Origin: Lingula anatina
Taxonomy: Eukaryota > Animalia > Brachiopoda
Direction: 5' to 3'
NCBI GenBank assembly: GCA_051362555.1
Contig: CM120644.1
Span: 10,500,567-10,564,566 of the forward strand
DNA length: 64,000 bases
Part shown: one piece after another, positions 37,401-51,041 of the stretch
Layout of the letters: each line of letters starts with the position of its first letter
How positions within the stretch are numbered: position 1 is the first letter of the stretch
Translations under genes and position numbers: made by a program
Notes under the pieces: generated by a model
Seen by the model: only the letters and a program-made list of their open reading frames with translations
Told to the model about the DNA's origin: nothing
Database searches by the model: none

Positions 37401-40400
37401 CTACCCACATATTGTCTATGTGGTTCAAATATTGCGATTTTAATGACCAAGGTAGCTGCTCATTCCCTTGGTTCTGTAAGTTATCTGCTATTAAGAGCGT
37501 GTCCATGAGAAAGCCAGACAGATCAGTCAGAAGGCGGCAAGGTGGGGGTCAGCAGATTTTAATAATTTTTGGTGTGGTAAACCATCAACATAAAAGATAT
37601 TGTGAGCCACTGGCTTTCTTATTTTGGATCATTAGTTTTAGAGATATGGGGGCAGATCTTTTATTGGCAATTTTGCCAAAATATAGCATATTTTAGCTCT
37701 TGAAAAGTTATAATTTTAAATATTCTTTTAAAAAATCATGTACATCATAAGGAATTATTTTGGTAAGCCACATGATAGGTTAAGGAAAGACCTTTAATAC
37801 CCAGTACAGATTTTTTGAAAAGGCACTGTCATGACCACACAAGGTTGATTCTGATATGGCATGTTTTCCGTATGTTTGACCCCCTCCCCTTCTTTAAATG
37901 CACACAACTTCTTTTTTGCAGGTTGTATCCATATAATTTTGGTATGTGCTGATAGAAAAGGGTTGAAAAATAAATTTTGTAAAATAAAATCTGTGTTAAA
38001 CCTTGTAAAATAAGAACTATAACAATTTTAAAAAGGACCTAAAAACGAAAATTTTTATACTACTTAAATGCTAAACTGTTTCTTCAACTAAATTAATAGG
38101 TCAAAACCATGTATAGGTTTGTGAAAAGCCCTTAAAATAAATATGTTGCCCTGCAGACGAACTTATAAAGCGAAAATACATTTTTTTTAATTTGTTTATG
38201 TTGTAGAAACTAAATGTAAAATAACGATGCTAACTCTGTGACCTATATTCAACATGGCGGGTACTAGGATTACCCCTGTTATCACCGGAGCAACTGTAGA
38301 GCAAAGCACATCGTCTTCACAGTGTTAAAACATAATACTTTCTTAAATTTATGAAGAACACACACTAGAGATGCTTAGGTACATCTCAGAATGATTGGTG
38401 TGCACCAGAATATAACAAGAAATGATCATAGCAGCTGGTCGTCCTTAGAATGTGCATTTTTTGGTTGAACCACTTCAGACTGTTGTCAGGCTTGGGTTCC
38501 TCAATATATCCATCTCATCGATTTAGCTCTGGATGTTTGTTGTAAGGTAAGTGATCAGTGGTGGCATACATATACTAGAATCAGATACACTAAAAAGTCA
38601 AAATAATAGTCAAGTTTAAATAATAAGTTTGAATATTATTCAGTAATATAAAGAATATAAGCAAATTTAAAAGACATACTGGTATATTTCAATTCACAGA
38701 GTTTTACTTGATTTCTGTTTCATGGTAAACATGTATGTATGTAACACACATTCAGTTTCAAGTTTTGGCATTTTAGGGGAAGTTACTTGTGCCAGTGTTT
38801 TATATTTTAGTTTTATATTCACTATGCAGATTCATGTGTGTTTACAATGAAGTTGAAGTTAACCGCCTAGCTATAATTATGTGACTTTGTAACACAACTG
38901 TGCTTCAATTTTCAAGACTTACATATTACACAGGACACTTGTAACTAAAGGTACTTTAGTAAAATCAGGAAAACTTTGCAGTCCATTATGTTGTTCATGT
39001 TGCTTTGCAAGGGGGCGTGCCAGACAATTAAGCTGATTACAACGACTGAGCCCGAGTGTGATACTCCGCTGAGATAGATTGATCCTGCTACGATAGTTTC
39101 TATTCTGAACACAGTAAGCCTCTGTTGTTGTAAAGCATTTATTGATATTATGTATAATTTTCAGATTTTACATCCTAAGCCTGTATGTGAACCTTGACCT
39201 GGACAATCTTACAGACAATAATAGAAAAGTCACCTGAAATTGCACAGGCCAATTCATCAGATTCAGATGTGAGCACCAACTTTGTAATGCCTGGAACACT
39301 TCCACGTAGAAGAAAAAAGGTTTACCTTTTTTTCATTTGTTTCTTTTTCTATCATGAAATTCTGGTAGCTACAATCATGGATATTTGATTTCCTTTTTTA
39401 CACTTATACAATATGTTTGATCAGAATATTATATAGTAATTGTTCTTATACAGCAATTAACATGAGTTTAAAATATGTTTAATACATTTTCTTTTGACAG
39501 CCTGTCCTGCCATCTTCAGGTAGACGCAGTAGTGGATATCCTGGCAAACCTTTATTGGACTTAGAGCCACCTTGGGACAATCCCCCATAACAAATATGCA
39601 TCTTAGGCTTGGCAATCTCAATCAGTTTTGTAGGAAAGGAGGATTGGCGCCATTGAATTGACAAATATTGACAATTGACAGTTCAGTCACAATAAACTAT
39701 AGTGGCATGTTGCTTCAAGTTACCACACTTATTCTAAGATTGCTGAATTATCATTACTGTAGGAGACCCTGGATCTCTCAACCAGAAGAAGAAACTTGGG
39801 GATCAATCAGTTATAAGATTAAAATCTGTTGAACACTACCCATCACTGTTGTGTTCAGTATATGGAAAAGATGACCGTGATATTGAAACCTTGGAGATTC
39901 ATAACTTGATTTCACTCCTGTAAAAAGAAACTGCTTTGTTCTTTTACTGTCCAATTGATGATATGAAAATAAAGTACTCCTCCTGTCATTGTATGTTGCT
40001 GACTCTGTTTTAATTTTCTTTATAGAAAAAGAATATAGATATCAAGATATCACATGTATTTACAAAGCCTATGGATCATTTGAAAGGAAAAAGAATGGTT
40101 GAAAAATGCAATATAAATCATTTCAAGTGGATTAATTAGTGTTGCACTTGAGAAAACTGATAAAATGAGACAGTCATTCCCTTTTACCTTTAGAAAAATC
40201 ATTTGTAATTTTTTTTCTCTATTGCTCCCTGAAAATAAGGTATATACACAATGCTGATGACACTGGATATGCACAATAATAACTTATTAAATTGGGGGGG
40301 GGGGGATAACTTGTCACTAGTAATTTAAATTTATTCAGAAGTTGTATGGCTCTGTTTGAAAAGAATATTATTTGAGCAATCCTGTATTACAGATCTCAAA

Positions 40401-43400
40401 ATAAAAAACCTGCAAAAATGGGCCTCTTGATTATTTTGAGGAATTAGGGTAACTGTATTTTGGGACAGATTTGATGGCAGCCATTTTGTATTTATAAAAA
40501 TTGGATAGATTTGCCCTTATCAAAGCATAGTTTGAATTCCTGGCTGTGAGTCTTTGATTAAATTTGATTATTGGAAGGTATTATCTCAAAATGTACTGAT
40601 ATCTTGATTTCAGCCGTTTGGTTTTCTGCTAAAATTGCTAAAGTTTGAGGCACTTCTTCAATGTCTTCTGTTGTGTTTAACACACTTTTTGAATTTTGTA
40701 TGATTAGACCAATATATGCTTAGGATCCCTATAAAATTTTATGGCTGTCAAGCCTGCAAAAAGAGAGACATGAATGTTTGAACATTGCTTGGTAGAAAAG
40801 TGAGTTTGGGGGGTGGGGTCATAAAAATGGGCGTGGCTCGTTAGTTTGTGGGTTAAACTGAAATTTAGTAACATATTCTCAATGGCAAATGGCTGGTTTA
40901 AATAGGTAAATTTTCAATTAATTTTAAAAAGTCATCAGTTTTGAAATATTTGCTTATGAAGTGGCTTTATTGACCGAAGCTGAAAATGAAGCCAAAAATG
41001 GCCAAAACATATAATATCATATTATAATTATATCCAATGATTTCTTTTGGGATTGTTGCCTTCAATCTTAATATCTCCTATATATGCAACAATATTATGA
41101 ATTTGGTTGAAATCTGTTGACCCCCACCTTGCCACCCTCTGACTGGTCTTATCATGGACACACACTTAAAAGTGCTCGGTGTGAACGGACAATCTTACCG
41201 TGCAACCTAAAATTGTTCCTAAGGTGCCCTCTATCAAATGATAGTCAAGTGTTTCCCAGATTATTCCTTTATATGATCTGGTGCAGGTTTTCGTCGATGA
41301 CTACCATTTGTGTTTTGGCACCAATGTGGTATCCACACCTATTACTGACGTTGTCAATGACCCTAATCACTTTACACGCGGCAAACGCATCGTCGTAGGT
41401 CTCCTCTGGATGTCTGTAAACTCTGTTTTGACTAGTTGGGCGCTGCAGGTGAAATCTGACCTCAATAAAGAAAGCCACGCGGTTTCAGTGTTCTACTCAG
41501 AAACGGCCATGGTCCCCAATTTATTAGAGAAACAGACGATGTTTTGCTGTTTACAGTGGGTACCTCGGAGGTCGTCTGGTATTCTTACCTGCTAAAACCA
41601 GTTTGGCGTTCGCTAAGGGCCTTGAAAAACGCATTTTGGTGGCAATTTTCCCCTCATTCTGAACGGACTGGTTGGTTTTTGTTTAGTTGCAGCAGCGTAT
41701 CCCGAAAGACTGTGGGTCCTGTACCCTGGTGGTGAGATTTCTATACATTGGGTGTGACCTCTGTGAAGGTACATCGGTCTGGGCATTACTCTATAAAACT
41801 GTGCGGACCGTTTCATTTGGCGCTATAATGTACCTGGCAATGTCTTTTTCGCACCATTCTGACAGAATAACAGAATTTTAAAACACTTCTTGGCTCATTT
41901 TACGCACTGCAAAGCCGACCGCTGGCATGCAAAATTTCAAATTCTCATATTCAGGAGTTGTCGACATATGTCAGAACCATGCTTTGCAAACGGCCAAGCT
42001 TTGACCAGCCCAAAGGAGCACCACCCAATGAAATCACTGCCTATTACACAATGCAGCAGCGCAACAGACATTGTAGTCAGTTAATTGGTAGCGATACACC
42101 TGACTACACACTTCTCCGTTCATATATCTTATACGAGATCGGAGTTTTTTAAAAAAGAACGCACTGTTATCTCTGCATACCTTCGAAACTGAAATATTCC
42201 ATATTAAATGTCAAGTTTGTATGAAAGAAAATAGTCTACGCCCAAATGAGACACTATCCTACGCCAGTTTTATTGCAATCGTTTGCAACCTCCTAGCGAC
42301 ATTTTTTTTCTAATGCTTGCGACCGGTTAGAAACTTGTAAGCGACCAAGCAACTAGAACCGTCAGTCCGTGCCGTTTCAAGTAACGTGATTTAACGTACA
42401 CCTGTGGTTAAAGCGACCTACCGGCATCCAAGAAGAGACCGATAGGCAAAATTTGGGATACCGATATATTTCATCTTCAGTCGTACTGGCTATCGGTGCA
42501 CAAAAATGGCCTTCATGTGTCAACGATCGCTTGGGTCCTGTTAGCAACCTTATGCGACCATTTTATAACCTATAGCAAACTCCTTGCTACTTTTTTTTTA
42601 AAACAACGTTTATTCAAAAGAATGAAGTGGAGACAAGGCGCTGGAAGCATTATATGCTCTCCACAAAATTAAATAAGTAAATAAAAAAAATGGATAGGTA
42701 TATACATATATACAACAGAGTAAGTGTAAAACTTCAAATATTATGGAGCACAAGTTAAGTACAGAAAGAAAGAAGAAGAAAAGAGTACCTATTAAGTGAT
42801 AACAAAGTTTACGAGAAGAAAATTTGCAACAGTTTCGAAGATAATTTCATTTTGGGTGGGTGATAAAGATCTATGACCGTAGAGAAATAGGGACAGCTTT
42901 TCTTTTTGAGTTTTAAAAGAGGTCTTGCTTGTATGTAGAATTTCATTTATTTTTTGGTAAAGGGGAGGGTATCTTCAATTGAGTGAGGGGCATCTGAAGA
43001 AGAAGTGCAGAGGGGTTTCAAGGGCACCACAGGTGCAGTGTGGTGTATCAATAGTAGTCCAGTTATGCCTAAACAATTCTGCTCTAAATAAACACCCAAC
43101 CCTCGCTCTGTTAAGAATTTTTTCTTGATTTCTGTCCAAGTTTAGTGTTTTTGTTGAAAGCGACCCAGCAGTGAGGTGATTTTTAATCGAGTTCTTGAAA
43201 GATGAGATTGAAGGTAAAGATTTAGTGCTACTGAGGTTGCTAAAAGGATGCAAAAGGGTTACTAGCGCAGTGTGACCAAGCATGTATGATGTTTTGCCTA
43301 TTTCATTTCTAGAATAAACTGCATGAACTAAAAAAATGCATTTAGATTGATATAAACATTAAATAAAGAAATGTTTTATTAAAAGTGAACTGTCAATTTG

Positions 43401-44958
43401 TTAGCTTGTTATCTATTAAGTTATCTATATTTTGTACAGATTTAAAGAAAAAAAGCGTGTCTATAAACATTTTGTTGTCACTGGACGCAATGTTTCCAGG
43501 CAGTAGAGAAAGTATTTTGGCCTATTTCCTCTACTATAAATTTTGTTTTGCACCCATACTTAAAAGTTGCACCATGCTGAATTTTCTGACCAACATTTTC
43601 TTGTAGAACTGTAACAATAGTTTCATATTGTTCTCGCGTTAAAAAGTATTTTTGACGCACAGACTCATATACAGTTGCTAAATGCTCATCTAGAAGTTTG
43701 AGTTTTATATTGTTTCTCTGCCATAGTGCGTGAAGCATGCATGTAAAGGCTGAAAGGACAGTCAAATAAGCTTTCACTTATATAGCAAAACTTTTTCATA
43801 TAATAATTACCACAAACACTGTTTTCACCGTTTTACTTTCATCAACCTGATCACAGTCACTGTACCTTGCTGTCTCGATCACCTACGTTTTTCAAAGTTG
43901 ATTGACTAAAATTTAACTGATAAATCAATATCACAAAAATTACCTAAAAAAAATGTTATGCGATGTTTTGGGGCAGTAGAGGAGTTGTCTTTGGACTATT
44001 TTCTCTACAGGGATTTTTCAAGTGAAACTGATTACTATTCATAAAGGAGGCTTTGATCAACCTGATAACTGTCACCGCATCTCGTTGTCTAACCTGAGTT
44101 TTTGAATAAAATATACCTGATTGAATAAAAATTACAATAGTTAACTAAAAAAACCTACCTGAATTTTTTCATAAACATTACTAAGCTCAATATTCTAATA
44201 TTTTTACTGAGTTCAATTTTTTCACTTGAATGAAATCTACATACATGTGTATTACTTTGTAAATGGAATGACCAGTGTAATCTTGGGAAAATGAACAGGT
44301 TTTTCTAAAATTCATAATAATTTGAAAGCTTTCACTGCAACACATTTCATGAAACATTCCTTTACTAAATATTCTCATCAATTTTTTTGATAGATTTCTC
44401 TTATATTGTATTAATATTGAATTTTTTTTTTCTTTCTATATGCGTGCTATAATTTAACAAAAATATTATCATCAGATTTTTTCACAACCCATATAAAATG
44501 AATACAACTAAATTTATTGTGGCTGCTAGTGTTGATTTTTAATATTTCACAATTGTTAATGTACACTTATATATTTTTTGTTTTATTTATTTATTTATTT
44601 ATTCATTTATTTCAGACGACCAAGGAGATGATTCCTTCCTAGAAGGCACGAAAACAGGTAGTCTTTCGTTCAGAGCGCTGTTAAATTTTCGGGATATACC
44701 TGCAGATTCCAATCCTAGCATGGACGATGAGTTGCCGGTAAAAGCATATTATACATATTGAATATTTATAATTACGTACTTTTAGAGACAGTGCGCACCA
44801 GTGTGTCTACATTCGTTTCTAAACATTCAAACTGTTGACTAGTGGTTTTATTTCAAAATGCTCATGCATTTCTCAAAAAAAAAAAAAAGGCATGATGTCA
44901 TTTTTTTTTATCTTAGCTGCATTTATTCTGATCATAGTTCTGTATTCATGTGTTCAAG

Positions 44959-45038
<80 letters not shown>

Positions 45039-45698
45039 TTTATAGAACGAGGCAGAACAGCTTAGTTCCGACATGTAGTTATTTGGGTTCAGCTTGCTAA
45101 TTGACTTTTCTCTCTAATGTATTTGCAGCACTCAAATCAGCAGGAAATTTGTCCTCCTGGCTATGTGAACGACGGAAAAGAGTGCCAGGCTATACTGTAC
45201 AACATAACGACGATCAAACAAGATTTGTTTGTGGAGTTAGAACCTATAAACTGGCGTCCGACAAAGCGCCTCACATGCAACAGACTTCTGTTTGATGAAC
45301 GGTTGGTTCACGTGTTTGACGAGGCAGGTGCCCATTTCTACCAATGTAGCGTTAAGGAAAATTCGCAAACGGGCAACGTAACATTTGTTCTCGCCGCGTC
45401 ATTTCAACTGAGGGAAGTTTTCTCCGACTACAGTCAAGTTCGCAAAATCGTCCCTTGTGAGCAGGCCGACATTGAGCGTGCTTTGACTAACATGACGTTT
45501 CATCTTGAAGGAAAACCGATACAGATACGTGCAAGATATAACAAAACTTGTAATTCCGATGTCACCCCTGTACCACGGCCGAAAATTCCTGAAATGACCA
45601 CCTTTGGCAGCTCCACCAAGACCAGTCACGGCAACTTTGGCACCTTCAACAAGATGCTGTTGGTCTTGAGTTTGATCGCATCCACAGTCTTGTACTGA
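34421..45698 (+). CDS. Somatomedin-B-like Cys-rich cell-surface protein, paralogue 1 (~567 aa, predicted signal peptide and GPI signal)
   Basis: Exons 34421-35432 (CCAG|gtaag, phase 1), 44616-44737 (DDQGDD...LSFRALLNF...DDELP) and 45129-45698. Motifs CYCDDICHLFNDCC, MVDSCP, PVTDPDTMITYRNKDCAVCN, YRNYHCMVC, CPPGYV; hydrophobic C-terminus MLLVLSLIASTVLY. The exon structure is duplicated in paralogue 2. Confidence 0.85.
36924..42219 (-). mobile_element. Decayed Tc1-family transposon (copy A), split by a 3.7-kb insertion
   Basis: TIR CAGACTTGAC.TTTAATATGGAATAT at both ends with TA flanks. Minus-strand transposase remnant LPWSLKSQYLNHIDNMW. Collinear with copy B at 48159-49816. Confidence 0.85.
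37495..41165. mobile_element. TTAA-target DNA transposon, Kolobok-like, probably non-autonomous
   Basis: TTAA duplicated at 37491-37494 and 41166-41169; the empty site CTATTAAAAGTGCTC is seen in Tc1 copy B. Imperfect TIRs of ~60 bp, G(A/T)G(C/T)GTGTCCATGA...TCAGA.GG.GGCAAGGTGGGGGTCA.CAGATTT. Termini do not start with CC, unlike piggyBac. Confidence 0.7.
42592..43225 (-). mobile_element. 5'-truncated LINE (CR1/L2-like) 3' fragment
   Basis: Minus-strand ORF end SLPSISSFKNSIK...CTCGALETPLHFFFRCP (ORF2 C-terminal CCHC motif); poly-A tail seen as a T-run at 42591-42599; TGCTACT on both sides as a candidate TSD. Confidence 0.75.
43478..43720 (-). pseudogene. Possible fragment of a Ginger/integrase-associated N-terminal helical domain (NOL4-like)
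   Basis: FLTREQYETIVTVLQ...FKYGCKTKFIVEEIG resembles, from memory, the T.xY.xIv.xL...FKxW.K.KF pattern. Short and degenerate. Confidence 0.25.
44960..45036. repeat. (CA)n(TA)n microsatellite in intron 2 of paralogue 1
   Basis: Directly visible. Confidence 0.95.
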
Positions 45699-47658
45699 AC
45701 ATCAGACATTAACTCTGTATACGGAAAGTAAAATTGATGACAGCCCTTGGAACAAGGCGAACTGTATCTTCTTGACACTGACATGTTCGCTCAATGCTGC
45801 CATTTCAAGTAAAAAAAAATGAGTTGACATTTTAGGCGTGTTATTTATTTAGGTCACTATCGCAACGAAGGTTTTATGTGAAGTCGACTTTCTGGGTTAG
45901 GAGTGTGTGGTAAGCCGACAAACTAAATGTTATAGTAGAAAGTGTCCCTGGTATCTTCCAGGCGCAGATCGTTGATTTAACTTTGCACCTAAGCTGAAAG
46001 CAGCTGACTTAGACGTTGATGTACTAAGATTCAATGTTGATTTTACGTTGACTGATCGGCCTTGAATGTCCAATTCTGATTCAAGGATCAATAGATTGGA
46101 TTGAAATATGAAATATGAGGTAGATGAGCATATTTTTGTAAAAGGCCTACATGTTAATGAAAAGAGTTGTGAAGAGGAACAATATAAACTAATAACAATG
46201 AAAACTAAAAACTGCTTATTGTCGGCATATTTGAAAAATAAACTTGATGTCAAAGCGGTTAATACTGTCTTCCTGACTCGAATTTTGTTCTGCAATTTCT
46301 TCAGTAAAAGGTGACACTGGCTTTCCAGATGGATCCCTGCTCCGCCTATGCCTTGAATAGACATTTGTTTTCGCTCTTTTGCCCGATCAGAAAAAAATAC
46401 ACAGACAAGATTTCTGCTGTTATTGTAGCTTTCTTTTTTTTAATTGTTAAATAAAACAAACTGAACTATTTAAAAGAGCCTTACATGTATATCATTAATA
46501 TATATCATCATTAAATCATCTGTCAATGTTGAAGCTTTGGACTTTTTTTTTTTTTTTTGGGGGGGGGGGTAGGGGGCTCAGCATTATTAGTAAAATGGTC
46601 ACCGACAAAACTGTATATAAAACGTAATTGAGGCGTTTGTATGAGTGGCTAAAACCAGCATGACAGTAACACAATTAACACGATTGGTTCATGATATTGC
46701 TGGCCATTTTCACCAAGGTTGACTCAATGATTTCAGACTTGAACGACTTGTACATCTGCCTGGTATTTATCAGAAAAATACAGTTGTTAAGGTTTACGTG
46801 CATCTTATTGACTACAGCCGCTGAGCGTGTACTGATAAACCGTGGTATCTGTGTTAGATGAGATATCGCTATGTGAAGGAATCACTGCCGCCACGATTCA
46901 GGTTGCTCAACTATCGCATTCGTTGGCATATGGAATTAAAACATAGTTCCATGGCAATACATGTGCCATTCACTGCTTTCATGTCACAATGTGGTGAGCA
47001 CTCTGGTAATAAATTGAAATTTAAGGATAATTTTGCAAGACTCCAGTTCTCTGTGTGGCCCTAGGTAGAAATGGAGACAAGGGCGACCCACACCCAGGAC
47101 ACCAAGAAACCTAGAGGTATGAACGGCTCTAGTAATGGGTCACAAACAGCTAGGGCATAGGGTCACTGCGCACCATTACACTATCAAAACCCAGTAACAC
47201 TGGGCTCCGTAAATCGAAAGCATCGCGTATTGAGAATAGCGATATGGCATAGAGGCTACAATGTATTATATGGGACGAGTATTGGCGAGTTATGGAATCG
47301 AAGCGCTTGCGCTCGGTCGCAATGCGCGATGCTTTCAAGTAACGGGGCCCTGGTCTGCGACGGTCGATGTGATCGGCTGAGTAGTCATCATTTTGAAAAT
47401 TTCGATGAGTTTTGTCCTCCTCAATCAATCACAACTTACAACAATCTGTTCTTTATAACGACTCTTATCTTTGTATTTGAGCCTAATGGTGCAATAGCAG
47501 CTGTGTAGGAAATGTTCGTGTGGTATTGAATCACTTATAAATTATGTACAGAAATGTGTTAACTGATTTTGTCTGCAATGTTTAAGTACTCACCGGAGCT
47601 AACATAGCGGATAATCAGTACAGTAATAATAATAATTATAATAATAATATATATTATG

Positions 47659-47980
47659 CTGCAAAGATATACCCAGTGATGAGAGAAGAGAGAAGAATCA
47701 TCATCATAATAATTTTATTCATAGCTATGTTGTCTGACTATAAGATAACTATAATAATAATATTAATAACAGAATTTTAAAAAAACTATCGGCTACGTAC
47801 CTGCAAAGATATACACAGTGATGAGAGAAGAATCATCATCATAATAATCTTATTCATAGCTATGATGTTTGACTATATGATAACTATAATAATAATAATA
47901 ATAATAATATTAATAAAAGAATTTAAAAACTATCGACCACGTACCTGCAAAGATATATACACAGTGCTGAGAGAAGAAGA
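47659..47980. repeat. ~140-bp minisatellite, about 2.3 copies
   Basis: CTGCAAAGATATAC.CAGTG.TGAGAGAAG...ATAATAAT...AAAACTATCG.C.ACGTAC repeats at about 47659, 47801 and 47945. Confidence 0.85.
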
Positions 47981-48158
47981 ATGACAGAAAGGGCGACAAC
48001 GATATTTATATACTAAGAAAGGCGGGAAAGGTGGCCAATGAGAATGAGAATGTAAGATGACGCCCGCGTGACAGAACAAAATACGAACATAAGAGAACAC
48101 AAAATATCCATACGGCTACACATAAAAAATAAAGAAAAATGAAAAAACATGTAATATA

Positions 48159-49816
48159 CAGACTTGACATTTAATATGGAATATTTTTTTCGAAATAATT
48201 TTTTATCAGTTTTTTCCTATTTTGCGGACTGATAAATGAAAATAAGGATTAAAATCGTGTTTTAATAACTTTAAATTATCTATTTGATGTCATTGTGACA
48301 TCAGTTCATTAATGGAATTCGCCAGAGAAACAAAAACACATTGCCTATTCTATGTCATACGACTCCCATTAAAAGAGATATTTGGGATCTCCATAGTTTC
48401 CAAATTATCGTATGTAAAAGGGTAATACGCTCCACAAAAGACCCTCATGTCAGTTGCTAGTCACAGTAATGGTCGTTGTTACGCCTGGCCTCTTCGTGGC
48501 TGTTGTCAGCGCTCTCAAGCGGCAAGGCATTTCTTGAGGGTAGGTTTTTAGAGTTCAATCTGGAATAGCATTCTAGGCATCGGTCTGAAATTGTCCAATC
48601 TGGTCCAGTTTTGTTGTAGGACATGTAGGCAGTTGATTGGTGAGTAATGGTCTACCGAAATATTGTCTATGTGGTTCAAATGTGGCGATTTTGATGACCA
48701 GGGTAGTTGCTCATCCCCTTGGTTCTGTAAGTTATCTGCTATTAAAAGTGCTCTGTGTGAACCTGCAACCTCCTCGTGCAACCTAGAATTGTTCCTAAGG
48801 TGCCCCCTATCAAATGATAGTCAAGTGGTTCCGAGATTATCCCTTTATTTGATCTGGTTCAGGTTTTCGTCGATGACTACCATTGGTGTTTGGGCACCAA
48901 TGTGGAATCTACTCCAAATACTGACGCTGTCAATCACCCTTGTCACTTTAGACCCGGCATATGCTTCGTCGTAGGCCTCTTCTGGATATCTGTAAACTCT
49001 GTTTTGACTAATTGGGCGTTACAGGTGAAATCTGACCTCAATAAAGAAAGCCACGCAGTTTCAGTGTTCTACCCAGAATCGTTCATGGCCCCCAATTCAT
49101 TAGAGAAACAGACGACGATGTTTTGCTGTATACAGTGGGTACCTCGGAGGTCATTAGGTGTTCTTACCTGCTAAAACCAGTTTGGTGTTCGCTAAGGGCT
49201 TTGAAAAACGCATTTTAGTGGCAATTTACCCCTCATTCTGAACGGACTAAGTGTTTTTTGTTTAGTTGCAGCAGCGTATCCCGAAAGACAGTGGGTCCTG
49301 TACCCTGTAGGTAAAATTTTGATACATTGGGGGTCACTTCTGTGTAGGTACATCAGTCTGGGCATTACTCTATAAAACTGTGGGGACCGTTCCGTTTGGC
49401 GCTATGATCTGTCTGGTGATGTCTGTCTGTTTCGCGCCATTCTGCCTTAGATTAACAAATTTGTAATGCACTTCTTGACTCATCTTACGCAATGCACAAC
49501 TGGCCGCTTGCATGCAAAATTTCAAATTTTTCTATGCAGTAGTTGCTGAAATATGGATACTTTTTTGACAGAACCAAGCTTTGCCTAAGCCAAGCTTTGA
49601 TCAGCCCAAAGGAACACTATCCAATTAAATCACTGCAAATTACATAGTGTAGCAGCGCAACATGCATGAAAGTCAGTTAATTGGTAGTGACACACATGAC
49701 TGCATACTTTTACATTCACAAATCTTATATGAAATCGGAGTTATTTTAAAAAAGAACGTATTTTTACCTAGGTATACCTTCGAAACTGAAATATTCCATA
49801 TTAAATGTCAAGTCTG
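48159..49816 (-). mobile_element. Decayed full-length Tc1-family transposon (copy B)
   Basis: 28-bp TIR CAGACTTGACATTTAATATGGAATATTT with TA TSD. Minus-strand remnant LHEEVAGSHRA...LPWSSKSPHLNHIDNI is a degenerate form of QxDNAPxH...WPxxSPDLNPIEN. Confidence 0.88.
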
Positions 49817-49950
49817 TATATAAACGTTTCAGGTATATACCGAATCCGTTACTATGTCTAAGATTGACTAAGATTATACGTTTATGTCTCAAGTGTAGAC
49901 CCGCTAAGGATTTATGTGTTCAAGAACGTACTCGAAAGAATATCTGGGTA

Positions 49951-49981
<31 letters not shown>

Positions 49982-50652
49982 GTTAAATACATAACAGGCG
50001 AAAACGCTGGTGGTGGTGGTAGTGGGGGGGGGGGGGTGCTTATACAGATAAGCGCAGAAAATCAGTGTAAAGGGACATCTCTCTCTCTCTCTCTCTTTCG
50101 TTATTTATTTTTTTTTTTTTTGAAAGTTTATCTCCCCCTCCTTACAATAAACAATAAAAAAGTCACAATTGTTACATTGTTAAATTATTAAACGACCCCA
50201 TCCCTCTTTTTAGCTCGTCCTCGAGCTATATTCATATAAGGCCATTGTATGGGAAGTGGGAGTCGACAGTCAAACAGGACTACCTGAAAATCCTTTTTTT
50301 TATAGGTCTTCCACACTTGAAACTGTGTTTACTACACCTTTATATGGTTCAGGATTACCATGAGTTTGTGCAAAAAATGAATACAGACTGCTGAAATACA
50401 TGGTTCTAAAACATAATAAAATAAAGAATAATTTTATTTTGATAGATCTAAATTCGACATAGGGCACATTTTCCTAAAACAATCCACCCATCTTTTCCAC
50501 AACTACTATTCCACACGCTGTTATTCATTACATCTTGTTCAAGTCTTCTGTCACACCCCCCTTTAGCAGCTTCTTCTAGGATCCTCGTCATGACTTCTTC
50601 GTCCTGTATGTGTCAAATATTTCACCCTCTTTGGTTACAGGATGTTACTGCC

Positions 50653-50872
50653 ATGCTTGATTTTCAACCTCTGTATCATAACCAGTTGCACTATCATTGC
50701 TTTCACTACAAATATCAAAGAGTACCACAAATATTTTAAAATGCCAAGGTGACATACTACATGCTTGATTTTCAACCTCTGTATCATAACCAGTTGCACT
50801 ATCATTGCTTTCACTACAAATATCAAAGAGTACCACAAATATTTTAAAATGCCAAGGTGACATACTACATGT
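50653..50872. repeat. Essentially perfect ~108-bp tandem duplication
   Basis: CATGCTTGATTTTCAACCTCTG...GCCAAGGTGACATACTA twice in tandem. Confidence 0.9.
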
Positions 50873-50972
50873 AGAATCTACCTACCAATACTAACATTAA
50901 CTTACTTGTCAGCGCCTTGACCAGCTAATAAGTAATAAGTTTCATAAATTGAAAGGTGAGAATTAAAGGCAT

Positions 50973-51038
<66 letters not shown>

Positions 51039-51041
<3 letters not shown>

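Larger units (their letters stand above)
35456..43282. mobile_element. Old Harbinger-like element, interrupted by later insertions, in intron 1 of paralogue 1
   Basis: Left end TTA-AGCCTGTGTAACACTG and degenerate right end CAGTGTGACCAAGC. Similar GCAACC/GCGACC/GGTCGC-rich sequence at 35456-36340, 42260-42590 and 43230-43282. Confidence 0.4.

Noticed and set aside
45930-46364. 144-aa minus-strand ORF after paralogue 1
   Set aside because: No recognisable domain or splice context, and it is not conserved after paralogue 2.
47659-50872. Tandem repeats considered as CRISPR-like arrays
   Set aside because: Eukaryotic context; whole-unit duplications without unique spacers or cas genes.
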